Of a DNA stretch of 27,299 nt, positions 1 to 8,016 are shown piece after piece. Where the stretch lies: NCBI GenBank assembly GCA_964645535.1, contig CAZYCQ010000022.1, forward strand, positions 1 to 27,299, given 5' to 3'. The notes beneath the pieces were generated by a model. The model had not been told where the DNA came from. It made no database searches and worked only from the letters and a program-made list of their open reading frames with translations. The DNA is from an uncultured archaeon (GTDB lineage Archaea > Asgardarchaeota > Heimdallarchaeia > Heimdallarchaeales > Kariarchaeaceae). A program made the position numbers and the translations under genes. The stretch's first letter is position 1; each line of letters begins with the position of its first letter.

Positions 1-1276
1 GTATTAATTATTGTAATATATTCAATAAATAATTGATTAATGCAGCGTCCTTCGGGATTTGACAATTTGTTGGTGATTGGCACTTTTTTGTATTGCCAAT
101 CAAATTTTCCTTGAATTTATTGCTCGATCGTTTATATTTCTTGGGTCATTCTCTTCAAATATTTTTCTGGATTTGTTCCGCGAACTTTTCGATAGATCAT
201 TATTTGCTTGCTGTCCTTATAATCTCTTAATTATGGTGATTCCTCTCTGCTCCTGCACATTTACGGTTTTGCCTGATTGTGCTTTAAAATGCGTGTTCTG
301 TCTATTGCTTCTTTCAGCTAACTCAACTTCCTCCATTCCCCTCTTTTCTCGATTTCTTTCCTTTCCTTTTTGATATTCCTAGAATTGTCGGAAAACGTCA
401 TGTAAAAACCATGCTGTGGTGCTTATCTCCTATTGCTGATCAACCTATTGTGCATCTCCTTTTCTTGCCTATCGTTCTCTGTTTTTGGTCAAGTGTTTAT
501 CTTGCCGCGAGGTTCACTTGATTGGGGTTGGTGTTGAATATGGTTCTTTGGGGTATCTATCCTTGTCAAAATTTGGGAACGGATTGGCTGTTTCTTCAAT
601 TTCCAAGATGTCTTAACAAAGATCTAAACCACAATTCAAACGATGGCGTGTCTTGTCTGTCAATGGTATATTTCCGATTTCCAATCTTTGATTCGGGTTG
701 GGTTTCCCATTTATGGAAAGCTCTCGTCTGCTTATAGGCTTTCTCAGTTCTTTCTTATTGTTGTTGCTTCTTGTTTTGGATGTTCTTTACCGCTGTTGAT
801 ACTCCTGTCAAATGTTGCGAACATCTATTCGACCTTTTTCCAATGGCATTTTCCAAAAAAGTGTCGTCTATGTCGATATTTGGCCTGCCGGTTATTGGCA
901 TTACACAATCCCTTCGGTGATGGCGGGAAATTTTCCTAGGTACACATGAATCAATAGATGTTCTTATGGATTATTGGTTTCCGTTTCCAACAAGTCCTTG
1001 AAATGCTGTTGAATTATCTGGTGTCAACAATTGACACTTATTTCGGATGGGGGTTTGGTAGGGTCTTTTAAAATCCGTCCAATCATTTCTCTATCCGGAC
1101 TGAGGTTCACGGTTTGTTTGTGCAAGCGATCTATTTGGTGTGTTGTATGTTGTTGGTATGTTGTAAGGCTGGGTTTGGGTAGGAAGTGCGAGGTGATGCG
1201 GTGTGTTTTGATCAATTGACTTGATCGATCCTGGTGGGTGGTTGGTGGTGGGTCTTTAGTGTGGTGTTTTTTTGAC

Positions 1277-1381
1277 TTGACATGATGTGACTGTGCATTA
1301 TACTGTCATGACATTACGATGGCTGTACATATATTGTCATGTCATGTCATAATGTCATGTCATGACTGTGCATTGACATGA
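1277..1381. repeat. Cluster of TGTCA/TGACA pentamer repeats, probable operator or iteron-like array
   Basis: Perfect palindrome TGTCATGACA at 1304-1313; (TGTCA)x3 at 1335-1349; (TGTCA)x2 at 1353-1362; direct repeat TGACTGTGCATT at 1288-1299 and 1363-1374; TTGACATGA at 1277-1285 and 1373-1381. The array lies directly upstream of an RHH-protein gene. Confidence 0.8.
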
Positions 1382-1425
1382 CGTCCCTCCACAAGCTTCA
1401 AAAGCTACCGTCAGAATCGAAGAAC

Positions 1426-1953
1426 ATGGCACGCAAGGGGCAACGGAGCATAACGATCTATGTTCCTGAGGCGAAATATGATGAGATCAAAAAGGCAAGT
1501 GAAGGGCTTAACATGACTATGAAGGACTATCTGCTCCATCTGCATGATACTGCTTCGGGATCGCACTCCGGGGTGTCCCTTGAGGAGAAATTCGATCTTA
1601 TCTTGGAAAAATTGGATCGTTTGGAAAAACAAGGGCTTCAGGTCTCTGTCTTGAATGCTTCTTCTTCCGGTAGACCTCAATCCACCAAATCCATCTATGA
1701 AGAGGTGGACGGTTTGGAAAAAGAGGACTGGACTAGATTGGAGGCTGCCTTCGGGTATACGCGAACCGAGAAGCAAAGGTTGGCCATTGCTAAAATCTAT
1801 TCATTGTTGAAACAACGGTATCCTTATGGGATTTCAGTTCAAGATGCCAGGCTTCTCACAAATTCCTCTGCCAAAACCAATCTTGAACGGATGGTACAAT
1901 GGGGTCTTGCAAAAAGGGAGGGTAATCGTTTTTTCCTCCTTATCCCCCAATGA
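1426..1953 (+). CDS. DNA-binding protein: N-terminal RHH, short coiled coil, C-terminal winged helix
   Basis: RSITIYVPEAKYDEIKKASEGLNMTMKDYL fits the CopG/Arc-type strand-helix-helix pattern. LEEKFDLILEKLDRLEK looks like a coiled coil. KIYSLLKQRYPYGISVQDARLLTNSSAKTNLERMVQWGLAKREGNRFFL fits a wHTH. ATG 1426 preferred; the ORF track starts at 1378, inside the repeat array. Confidence 0.7.
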   Translation: MARKGQRSITIYVPEAKYDEIKKASEGLNMTMKDYLLHLHDTASGSHSGVSLEEKFDLILEKLDRLEKQGLQVSVLNASSSGRPQSTKSIYEEVDGLEKEDWTRLEAAFGYTRTEKQRLAIAKIYSLLKQRYPYGISVQDARLLTNSSAKTNLERMVQWGLAKREGNRFFLLIPQ

Positions 1954-2935
1954 GCATCATTGCCCGGTCACTGACTGGTGGCTTATAGGTCAGGACATTG
2001 AAATCTGGATGTTCTTTCCATTTTCTGCTGACTCCCTCCCTGATGGTTGCCAAAATCACCTCATCATTGTCGTTGTTTCTCAGGAGTTCGCGTAGTGGAA
2101 TTTCATCAGGTGCATGGAGGCAGGGGCGAAGGGTTCCACTTGCGGTGATTCTTATGCGATTGCAGCTTGCACAGAAGGATTCGGTCACGCTGGGGATGAA
2201 GCCAATGCGTGCCTTGCGGTTTCTGAAACCATAAACCGTTGAGGTCTGCGACGGATCCTTTTTGGGCAATGGGATCGGTTCATCAATTCTGGCGAAGAGT
2301 TCCAGAAGATCGTTTTTTGAAAGGAAGAAGCTTCTGAAGTCCTCATTTCCATTGAACGGCATCAATTCGATGAATCTGACCTCGATGTCTTTCTGTTCGG
2401 AGAAGTTGAGGAATTGGTCGATTTCTCTGTCCGTGATTCCCTTGAGGGCTACGGCATTGATCTTTGTTTTGAATCCTTGTGCAATGGCTGCTTCAATCCC
2501 CTGCATCACTTCATTGAAGTGCTTCCTTTGGACGAGGTGGTTGAAGGTTTCCTCATTGGTGCTGTCAAGGGAGATGTTGACCGAATCAAGACCTGCCTTC
2601 TTAAGTGCGGGGGCAAGTTGTGCCAATTTGACTCCATTGGTGGTCATTCCGACCGTGATTTTCGGGCAGATTTCCTTGATGGCTCTTACAAGGCTATCGA
2701 TGCTTTTTCGGATGGTCGGTTCTCCCCCTGTCAAACGGTACTTATGGATGCCTGTGGAATGGAGAATCCTTGTAAGCCTGATTATTTCCTCGAATGTGAT
2801 GATTTCCTCTTTGGGGGAGAATTCGGGATCGGTTGGCATGCAGTACCGGCACCTGAAATTGCACCTGTCTGTAACCGAGATTCTGACATTGCCGATTTTC
2901 CGTCCGAACCTGTCAATGATCGGAGAATTGGTCAT
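1940..2935 (-). CDS. moaA: GTP 3',8-cyclase (molybdenum cofactor biosynthesis radical SAM enzyme)
   Basis: DRFGR..RISVTDRCNFRCRYCMP, RLTGGEP, C-terminal cluster FCASCNRIRITASG.LRPCL, terminal IGG. Start is ATG 2935 or GTG 2950. Confidence 0.96.
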   Translation of the reverse strand: MTNSPIIDRFGRKIGNVRISVTDRCNFRCRYCMPTDPEFSPKEEIITFEEIIRLTRILHSTGIHKYRLTGGEPTIRKSIDSLVRAIKEICPKITVGMTTNGVKLAQLAPALKKAGLDSVNISLDSTNEETFNHLVQRKHFNEVMQGIEAAIAQGFKTKINAVALKGITDREIDQFLNFSEQKDIEVRFIELMPFNGNEDFRSFFLSKNDLLELFARIDEPIPLPKKDPSQTSTVYGFRNRKARIGFIPSVTESFCASCNRIRITASGTLRPCLHAPDEIPLRELLRNNDNDEVILATIREGVSRKWKEHPDFNVLTYKPPVSDRAMMLIGG

Positions 2936-2971
2936 TGAGGAACAGTCCACATAGCTACATCCGTAATTTTG

Positions 2972-2978
2972 TATATAA
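2972..2978 (-). promoter_or_regulatory. Archaeal TATA box for moaA
   Basis: TTATATA on the minus strand, about 22-37 nt upstream of the candidate starts. Confidence 0.55.
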
Positions 2979-3114
2979 GGTATAGTTTGTCGATTTATCC
3001 TCTCTGATGAAAATTGAGGTGAATATGTGCATTATTCCGTCGGATGATGTAGGCTTGATGGGTGACGGCCATACAAACTATTGTTTTTGTAGCAAATTTC
3101 CGCGGATGGTTTTT

Positions 3115-3912
3115 TCAGGTCAATTCGATGACGTATTTCTTGCAATTGATAAGGGAATACCTATCCAGATGCACAATTCCCTTTTCATAGGCGATTTTGA
3201 AATGGAAGGTTCGGAAACGCAGTGAATCGGGCTGGTACTCCAGTAGGATTGAGCTGATTGGTTTTTGTGTACGTTGGCAGAGTAGCAGGGTGGGAAGGGC
3301 AAACTGATGTAGGCTGAATGATTCCCGCGGTTGTGTTCTCATCAGTTTTGCTTCGATGGTGATGATGCGGCTCTCGGATTCCAGGAAATTGTCCACCTCC
3401 ACTTGGGTGGCCTTCACTTCGAATGTTCTTCCCCCTATTGTCGCCAACCCTGAGACTTTTGTCTTGATTCTTCCTCCTAGCTTGAATTCTTCTGGGGTAT
3501 CCAAGAAGTCATTGATGAGGTGGAATTCCTTCATGAGTACGATTCCTGTTTCTTCATTGTGAAGGCTGACATTTCTCAAGATATCCAATGTGGCTGGGAT
3601 GGTGAGTGTTTTTTTCTCCTCCTTGGTGGTGCATTTGAGGCTGGGAAAGAGGGTGGGAAGGTTGAAGTCCCGTCTTCTGATAAGAACACATCCACCGTTG
3701 AGGTTGCGGAAATGTTCAAGACCTCTTTGACGCAATGCATTCGGAACTTCTGCGGCGGAATATGTGGGAATGAGATGTCTTGGACTGGCATTGATTTTTT
3801 TGAAATCTGCCGAATGGATTTGGAAAAAGATTTCGTCAGAGGAGAGCCAATCTGTCAATCGTTCTCTGAGGGACTCCAACAGCTCTTCCCATTTTTTCTC
3901 CCGTTGATTCAA
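3115..3912 (-). CDS. PD-(D/E)XK restriction-endonuclease-like protein (resembles the DUF6996/DUF6997 family)
   Basis: QVEVDNFLESESRIITIEAK followed by HQFALP resembles the family's QIEIDxxxE..IEAK..RQLYYP pattern. The N-terminal 'KKWEELL..FFQIHSADFKK..PR' is also family-like. Matched from memory. Confidence 0.6.
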   Translation of the reverse strand: MNQREKKWEELLESLRERLTDWLSSDEIFFQIHSADFKKINASPRHLIPTYSAAEVPNALRQRGLEHFRNLNGGCVLIRRRDFNLPTLFPSLKCTTKEEKKTLTIPATLDILRNVSLHNEETGIVLMKEFHLINDFLDTPEEFKLGGRIKTKVSGLATIGGRTFEVKATQVEVDNFLESESRIITIEAKLMRTQPRESFSLHQFALPTLLLCQRTQKPISSILLEYQPDSLRFRTFHFKIAYEKGIVHLDRYSLINCKKYVIELT

Positions 3913-4036
3913 TATATTGATGGATTTCCATCGACTAAAGAAGGATCCGCTTGCAGGATGCCTTTCTGTCTAAAAATGCTTGCTCATTTGATCAGAACTT
4001 TTATTTCATAAGGATTTAATATATATACGGTGTAAT

Positions 4037-5221
4037 TTGGTAGCCCCTGACCTTCTTTCGCTTTGGATTTCCGGCACCTTGCTTGCAGCGACTGTAGGGG
4101 TATCCATCTATGTTTTCCGAAAGGTGCAGGGTTCGTCAATTCTGCAAACTGTTGGAGGCTACATGCTGGCTTCTGCTTGGATGTTCCTGTCACTGCTGAA
4201 TGATCATGTTTCCATTTGGCTGATCAATTCTGACCCTCAGGGCACTGCATTTTTGACCATTCTCTTAATTCTTGCAGCTCTCATGGTCACCAATTCGCTC
4301 CATCGCGGGTTTCGGTTTGCCTCACACTTACGGCATTTTATTCTTTTCATGGGGTGGTTTCTGATTGGAATATTTTTTGTCCAGGTTGTGGTACCTGAAA
4401 GCATCATTATCCTAAGTCAGCAGGGTGAATCTTCTCCCAGTATCCATCCGATTGTTCTCATTCTCCTTATAGGATGGGCTTTCATCATCCTAGTATATCT
4501 TTTTACCTTTGACCTGAGAACAGTTAAGGGATTGGATAGGTATTTCCCTACTTACGTATTACAGGTTCCTCGTTTTATCGGTTTCGGAGGCATGGTTCTT
4601 TTTGTGATTCAACCGCTCGTGATACGGTTGGATCCGGACTTAGGTCGGAATTACCTTCTTTTGGTTGCGGATCGCTTATTGGTTCAGTTTGCCATCCTCT
4701 TTTTCATGGTGATTCTGCTGGATGATCCGACAGTTGCTCTTGAGATCGGTCGAAGGTTAAGGAAGTTATACGATGCGGGGGAGATTGGACTGGCTTTTTT
4801 CGGATTTGACGAAACCGGTCCCACATTATGGTTTTCCAAAGGAGATTTTGCTGCTGATCCTGATGGTATCTCCCGTCTTTTGTCCATTGGGCTGTCCGCA
4901 ATGGTTGCTTTGGGGCAGGATGATGAATATGTTGTTGGCTCGGTTCTGATCCCCATTGCCGGCAATCGGCATACTGCTTTGGGTCTCGGCAATTGGATGA
5001 AAGATGCCAGTCAGGCTGATCCAAGGATGAAGGGACGTACATTTGTGGTTGGTGTCGTCATTCTCCCCAATACCATTGCCTGGATATTTGACCATCGAGA
5101 ACATTTGGAAGCTTCCTTTACTCGTTTTCTGCAACACTATGAAGACCGTTCACAACTGTCTCCCGAAGCTTTTTATGAGTTTATGCGATCTGAATTGTTG
5201 GAGATTGGCATCTCTTCATGA
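4037..5221 (+). CDS. Seven-TM membrane protein with C-terminal cytoplasmic longin/uDENN-like domain
   Basis: Seven hydrophobic segments in the first ~230 aa, then GLAFFGFDETGP..ALGQ..DPRMKGRTFVVGVVI. TTG start is uncertain. Confidence 0.65.
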   Translation: MVAPDLLSLWISGTLLAATVGVSIYVFRKVQGSSILQTVGGYMLASAWMFLSLLNDHVSIWLINSDPQGTAFLTILLILAALMVTNSLHRGFRFASHLRHFILFMGWFLIGIFFVQVVVPESIIILSQQGESSPSIHPIVLILLIGWAFIILVYLFTFDLRTVKGLDRYFPTYVLQVPRFIGFGGMVLFVIQPLVIRLDPDLGRNYLLLVADRLLVQFAILFFMVILLDDPTVALEIGRRLRKLYDAGEIGLAFFGFDETGPTLWFSKGDFAADPDGISRLLSIGLSAMVALGQDDEYVVGSVLIPIAGNRHTALGLGNWMKDASQADPRMKGRTFVVGVVILPNTIAWIFDHREHLEASFTRFLQHYEDRSQLSPEAFYEFMRSELLEIGISS

Positions 5222-5257
5222 GGCAAGAGTTAAGAACGGTCGCGGTTACCTTTTCAT

Positions 5258-5836
5258 ATGGGTTTCTCTCCTCTTGGCAGTGCCTTCATTTTGAGCCTTG
5301 GTTTCCTTGGGGTTTCCATTTACCAGTTTCTTGAGGGGAACCTCACGGCTGGTAGATTTTGGCTTATGGTGACTACACTTGCCTTTTTCTTCACGTTTTT
5401 TTTCTTCCGTGCCTTGTACTATCTTCGTTATCGTGCCACCTTCAATGATGTCGGTTTTGTCTTCTTTCTTCCGCATGTTCCCCTTTTCTTTGCCTTTCTT
5501 TCGCGGCTTTTCCGGATCGAGGTGGATGATCTTGTGATTCTAGAACTCTTGAAACCTTGGGAGCTCCGGCTTTTTGCCAATTTTGTTGATCTTGTCAGTC
5601 TCCCCTTTTATCTTTTCAGCCTTTTTCTGCTCTTGAGAACTCATCTTCGCTATCCGTTCATCCGTCTGACGGGTCATGCAACTGATGGGCTTCCTTCGCG
5701 ATTGGTTGCCCTTTACATGACTGTCGAGGTTCCCTTTGTCTATTGGATTGTTGCTCTTCTTTTTGTCCCGAATCTTTCCCTTCTTCTTTTCGGGCTTTCT
5801 TTTCTTGTCATTGGATTCATAGGTTTCTTTGTTTGA
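5258..5836 (+). CDS. Multi-pass membrane protein, apparent paralog of the membrane domain of the RING protein at 6928-8016
   Basis: About six hydrophobic segments; colinear motif similarity to the E3 N-terminus (see findings). Confidence 0.75.
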   Translation: MGFSPLGSAFILSLGFLGVSIYQFLEGNLTAGRFWLMVTTLAFFFTFFFFRALYYLRYRATFNDVGFVFFLPHVPLFFAFLSRLFRIEVDDLVILELLKPWELRLFANFVDLVSLPFYLFSLFLLLRTHLRYPFIRLTGHATDGLPSRLVALYMTVEVPFVYWIVALLFVPNLSLLLFGLSFLVIGFIGFFV

Positions 5837-5841
5837 TTTTG

Positions 5842-6492
5842 CTACCTTGGTAGCTTTTCCTTCGGAATTTTTGTTTTTGGATCCTTGGGTCGTTTTTCGG
5901 AAGGGATTTTTGCACTTGATGGAAGATTTTTGGTACTTGGAGGTCTTTCATCTTTTACCACCCTGCTGATTTCTTTTGAGTGAATTCTGTTGGTTTTCAA
6001 GGTCTTGATAGGTTTGGGTTTTTCCTTTTTCTTTGGTTTCTTGGCAGGTACTGTCTTGACCTTGGTTTTTCCAATTGTCTTTGTCCGTGTGGGGACGGGG
6101 TTCTCTTTTTTTTGATTTTTTTCAATGCTTTTGACTGCAATGTTCTTCAGGGCTTTTTCTTTGACCTTTTTCGGTTTCTTGTCAATGTTTTTTTGTTTGA
6201 TGGATTTGGAACTGGTGGGGCGTTTTTCCTTTATTTTCATCTTGCTTGGGGAAGGGGGCTGTTTTTCCCTGATTGGGTTATTTGGTTTCCTTTCCACTGA
6301 GGTCTTGGGAATTGTCTTAAGCAATTTCTCGATCTTTACCTTTTTTTTCGGAGGAACGCTGGCTAGTCTCTGCCTAACTGTTTTTTTTGGAGGTTGATCT
6401 TTCTTTACTTCCGTTTTTGGAATGGTGTCCTTTGGAATCTTCTCTTTTGGTGTTTTCTGTTTGATTCGGTCTTTTTTGAAGGGAAGTTTCAT
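5842..6492 (-). CDS. Lys/Pro-rich, highly basic, predicted disordered protein (histone H1 tail-like composition)
   Basis: About 63 Lys in 216 aa by hand count; no Cys, Trp or Tyr. ATGA overlap with the upstream stop and a GGAGG ribosome-binding site support a real gene. Confidence 0.7.
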   Translation of the reverse strand: MKLPFKKDRIKQKTPKEKIPKDTIPKTEVKKDQPPKKTVRQRLASVPPKKKVKIEKLLKTIPKTSVERKPNNPIREKQPPSPSKMKIKEKRPTSSKSIKQKNIDKKPKKVKEKALKNIAVKSIEKNQKKENPVPTRTKTIGKTKVKTVPAKKPKKKEKPKPIKTLKTNRIHSKEISRVVKDERPPSTKNLPSSAKIPSEKRPKDPKTKIPKEKLPR

Positions 6493-6914
6493 TTCTTTCC
6501 TCCTTTCCTTAATTTTCGGTATTGTGAGATGAGATCCAACAGGATATCGGATATGGAAATGGAATTGGGTCCTCTGGAAGCGATTCCCTTTTCAAGCATG
6601 TATTTGGTCTTGATCTCATTCAATTTTCGGTGCACATCTGCTGAGACCACAATGGTCTTATCTGACCTAGGGCTTCTGGCATCACCTGCATCCTCTGGAA
6701 GTTTTTCCTTGATTGTTTCCTGCAAGTTGACTGATTTTCTCTCAAAGGCATCAAATACCCTTTTCAGAACATCTGTATAGGTAGGCACCCCTTCCTCGAA
6801 CTTGAGGTGGCGAATGGCCTGCCACGCCTCGAAAGAGAGCCTCAGGTTTTTGCCTCGGCTACTCACGGATTTTTCTGTGTTTGTGTGGTTATTAGGGTTT
6901 GTCTTCAAAGTCAT
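6489..6914 (-). CDS. Tandem RHH DNA-binding protein (archaeal VapB/CopG-like units)
   Basis: Two RHH-like units: KNLRLSFEAWQAIRHLK..TYTDVLKRVF and KTIVVSADVHRKLNEIK..SISDILLDLI. ATG 6914, preceded by GGTGG, is preferred over 6971. Confidence 0.7.
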   Translation of the reverse strand: MTLKTNPNNHTNTEKSVSSRGKNLRLSFEAWQAIRHLKFEEGVPTYTDVLKRVFDAFERKSVNLQETIKEKLPEDAGDARSPRSDKTIVVSADVHRKLNEIKTKYMLEKGIASRGPNSISISDILLDLISQYRKLRKGGKK

Positions 6915-6927
6915 TAACCCACCCAAC

Positions 6928-8016
6928 TTACTTGAGCTTTTTGAGCACTTGGCGGGAATACTGCGAGGCATCCAACTTCAATTTTGTGGATAACCGGCTG
7001 ACCGGTTTGGAGCAACGGGGGCACAGGTTGGATTCCCTTCTCCACTCCTTCAGTTCCTGTTCATGGGCAGGGAACTTACAATGTGGACAGAGTACGATTT
7101 TGCCATCGGAGGGGCGAATCGGTTCATAGCAGATGGTGCAGGCCAAATCTTCTTTTCTCACATGGCCTGTCGGCATGAGATTCGTGCCTGTCTTCTTTCC
7201 ATTTCCATTCGTTCGACGTTGGGGGCGGACTTGAATTTCTCTTCCTGGTTCAATTGTCGCAATGTCTGTTCTTCTGGGTCTAGAGGGTATTCCATTGCTT
7301 CTTCGTGATCTTCTTGGGGATCTACGGAGATAGTCATTAAGGAATGCATTGGAATGGGCTGCACGGAATGTCTCCTCTTGCCGTCGGCGTGATTGTCTGC
7401 GAAGGATGTGTCTTCCAAGTACATAGTATTTGACCGTAGAATAAAGCCAGAAGGCAACCGCCATCAGTGCCAATGGATCAATGATGTGTGTTTTCCATCC
7501 TATGTAAAGGAAGGACATGGCCATTGCGGAATGAACCAGAAATGGCACCAGCCGTGTCCTGAACAGTTTCCGATGCACTGCGAATCCCAGCCATTCTTTT
7601 CTATGGATTTTCCAGAAGATGTAGGACTGAAACAGCAAATGAGGTAGTCCCAACAAAATTGTATGGAAGAAAATCAGCCTGTAGCCGTTTATCAGAATTA
7701 CACTTCTCTCCACAAGGATAGGTTCCATTGTTTCCCCAACAAGGAAACCCAAAAGAATCACCACATATGGCAACCCGACGAACTGGGAGCTTGCAAGGAT
7801 TGAATCATACCTTTGGAAATATCTCCGTTCCCAGAGAATCCTTGAAGAGACCATAGTCCATACGGTAAGGTAGGCAATTAGGATTGTTCTTGACATGTTC
7901 CCTGCCAGCAGGTAGAGGAATGCAATGACCGAACCGATCAGCCAGATGGCCACATACATCTCTATTGTATTGAATAGCCGTTCGATTCTATCAAGCAACC
8001 CCTCAAACATTGTCAT
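6928..8016 (-). CDS. Membrane-embedded RING-type E3 ligase (multi-TM N-terminus, Arg-rich linker, C-terminal RING)
   Basis: About six TM segments; C-terminal CTIC..CPHCKFPAHEQELKEW..LCPRC at ~7013-7140; located in the E1/E2/JAMM operon; ATGA overlap with the JAMM stop. Confidence 0.85.
   Translation of the reverse strand: MTMFEGLLDRIERLFNTIEMYVAIWLIGSVIAFLYLLAGNMSRTILIAYLTVWTMVSSRILWERRYFQRYDSILASSQFVGLPYVVILLGFLVGETMEPILVERSVILINGYRLIFFHTILLGLPHLLFQSYIFWKIHRKEWLGFAVHRKLFRTRLVPFLVHSAMAMSFLYIGWKTHIIDPLALMAVAFWLYSTVKYYVLGRHILRRQSRRRQEETFRAAHSNAFLNDYLRRSPRRSRRSNGIPSRPRRTDIATIEPGREIQVRPQRRTNGNGKKTGTNLMPTGHVRKEDLACTICYEPIRPSDGKIVLCPHCKFPAHEQELKEWRRESNLCPRCSKPVSRLSTKLKLDASQYSRQVLKKLK

Noticed and set aside
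512-527. GTTCACTTGATTGGGG as an ORB-like origin box
   Set aside because: Single weak match with no repeated copies and no orc1/cdc6 gene in the window.
77-1219. Short ORFs at 77-373, 522-737, 643-939, 1024-1215 and 1031-1219
   Set aside because: Their F/L/C/S-rich composition simply reflects T-rich DNA; no motifs or translation signals.
1233-1252. G-quadruplex in GGTGGGTGGTTGGTGGTGGG
   Set aside because: Only two GGG runs, so at best a weak two-tetrad structure expected by chance in G/T-rich DNA.
1277-1381. TGTCA array as a CRISPR array
   Set aside because: Units are 5-12 bp with no unique spacers of regular length, and there are no cas genes.
2262-2954. Long antisense ORFs opposite moaA, and similarly opposite the JAMM gene, moeA, clpB and the fusion gene (e.g. 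8202-8855, 14884-15468, 23325-24239)
   Set aside because: Shadow frames of well-supported genes with no recognisable motifs.
6489-6914. RHH protein as the antitoxin of a toxin-antitoxin pair
   Set aside because: Neither neighbour resembles a PIN, RelE or other toxin.
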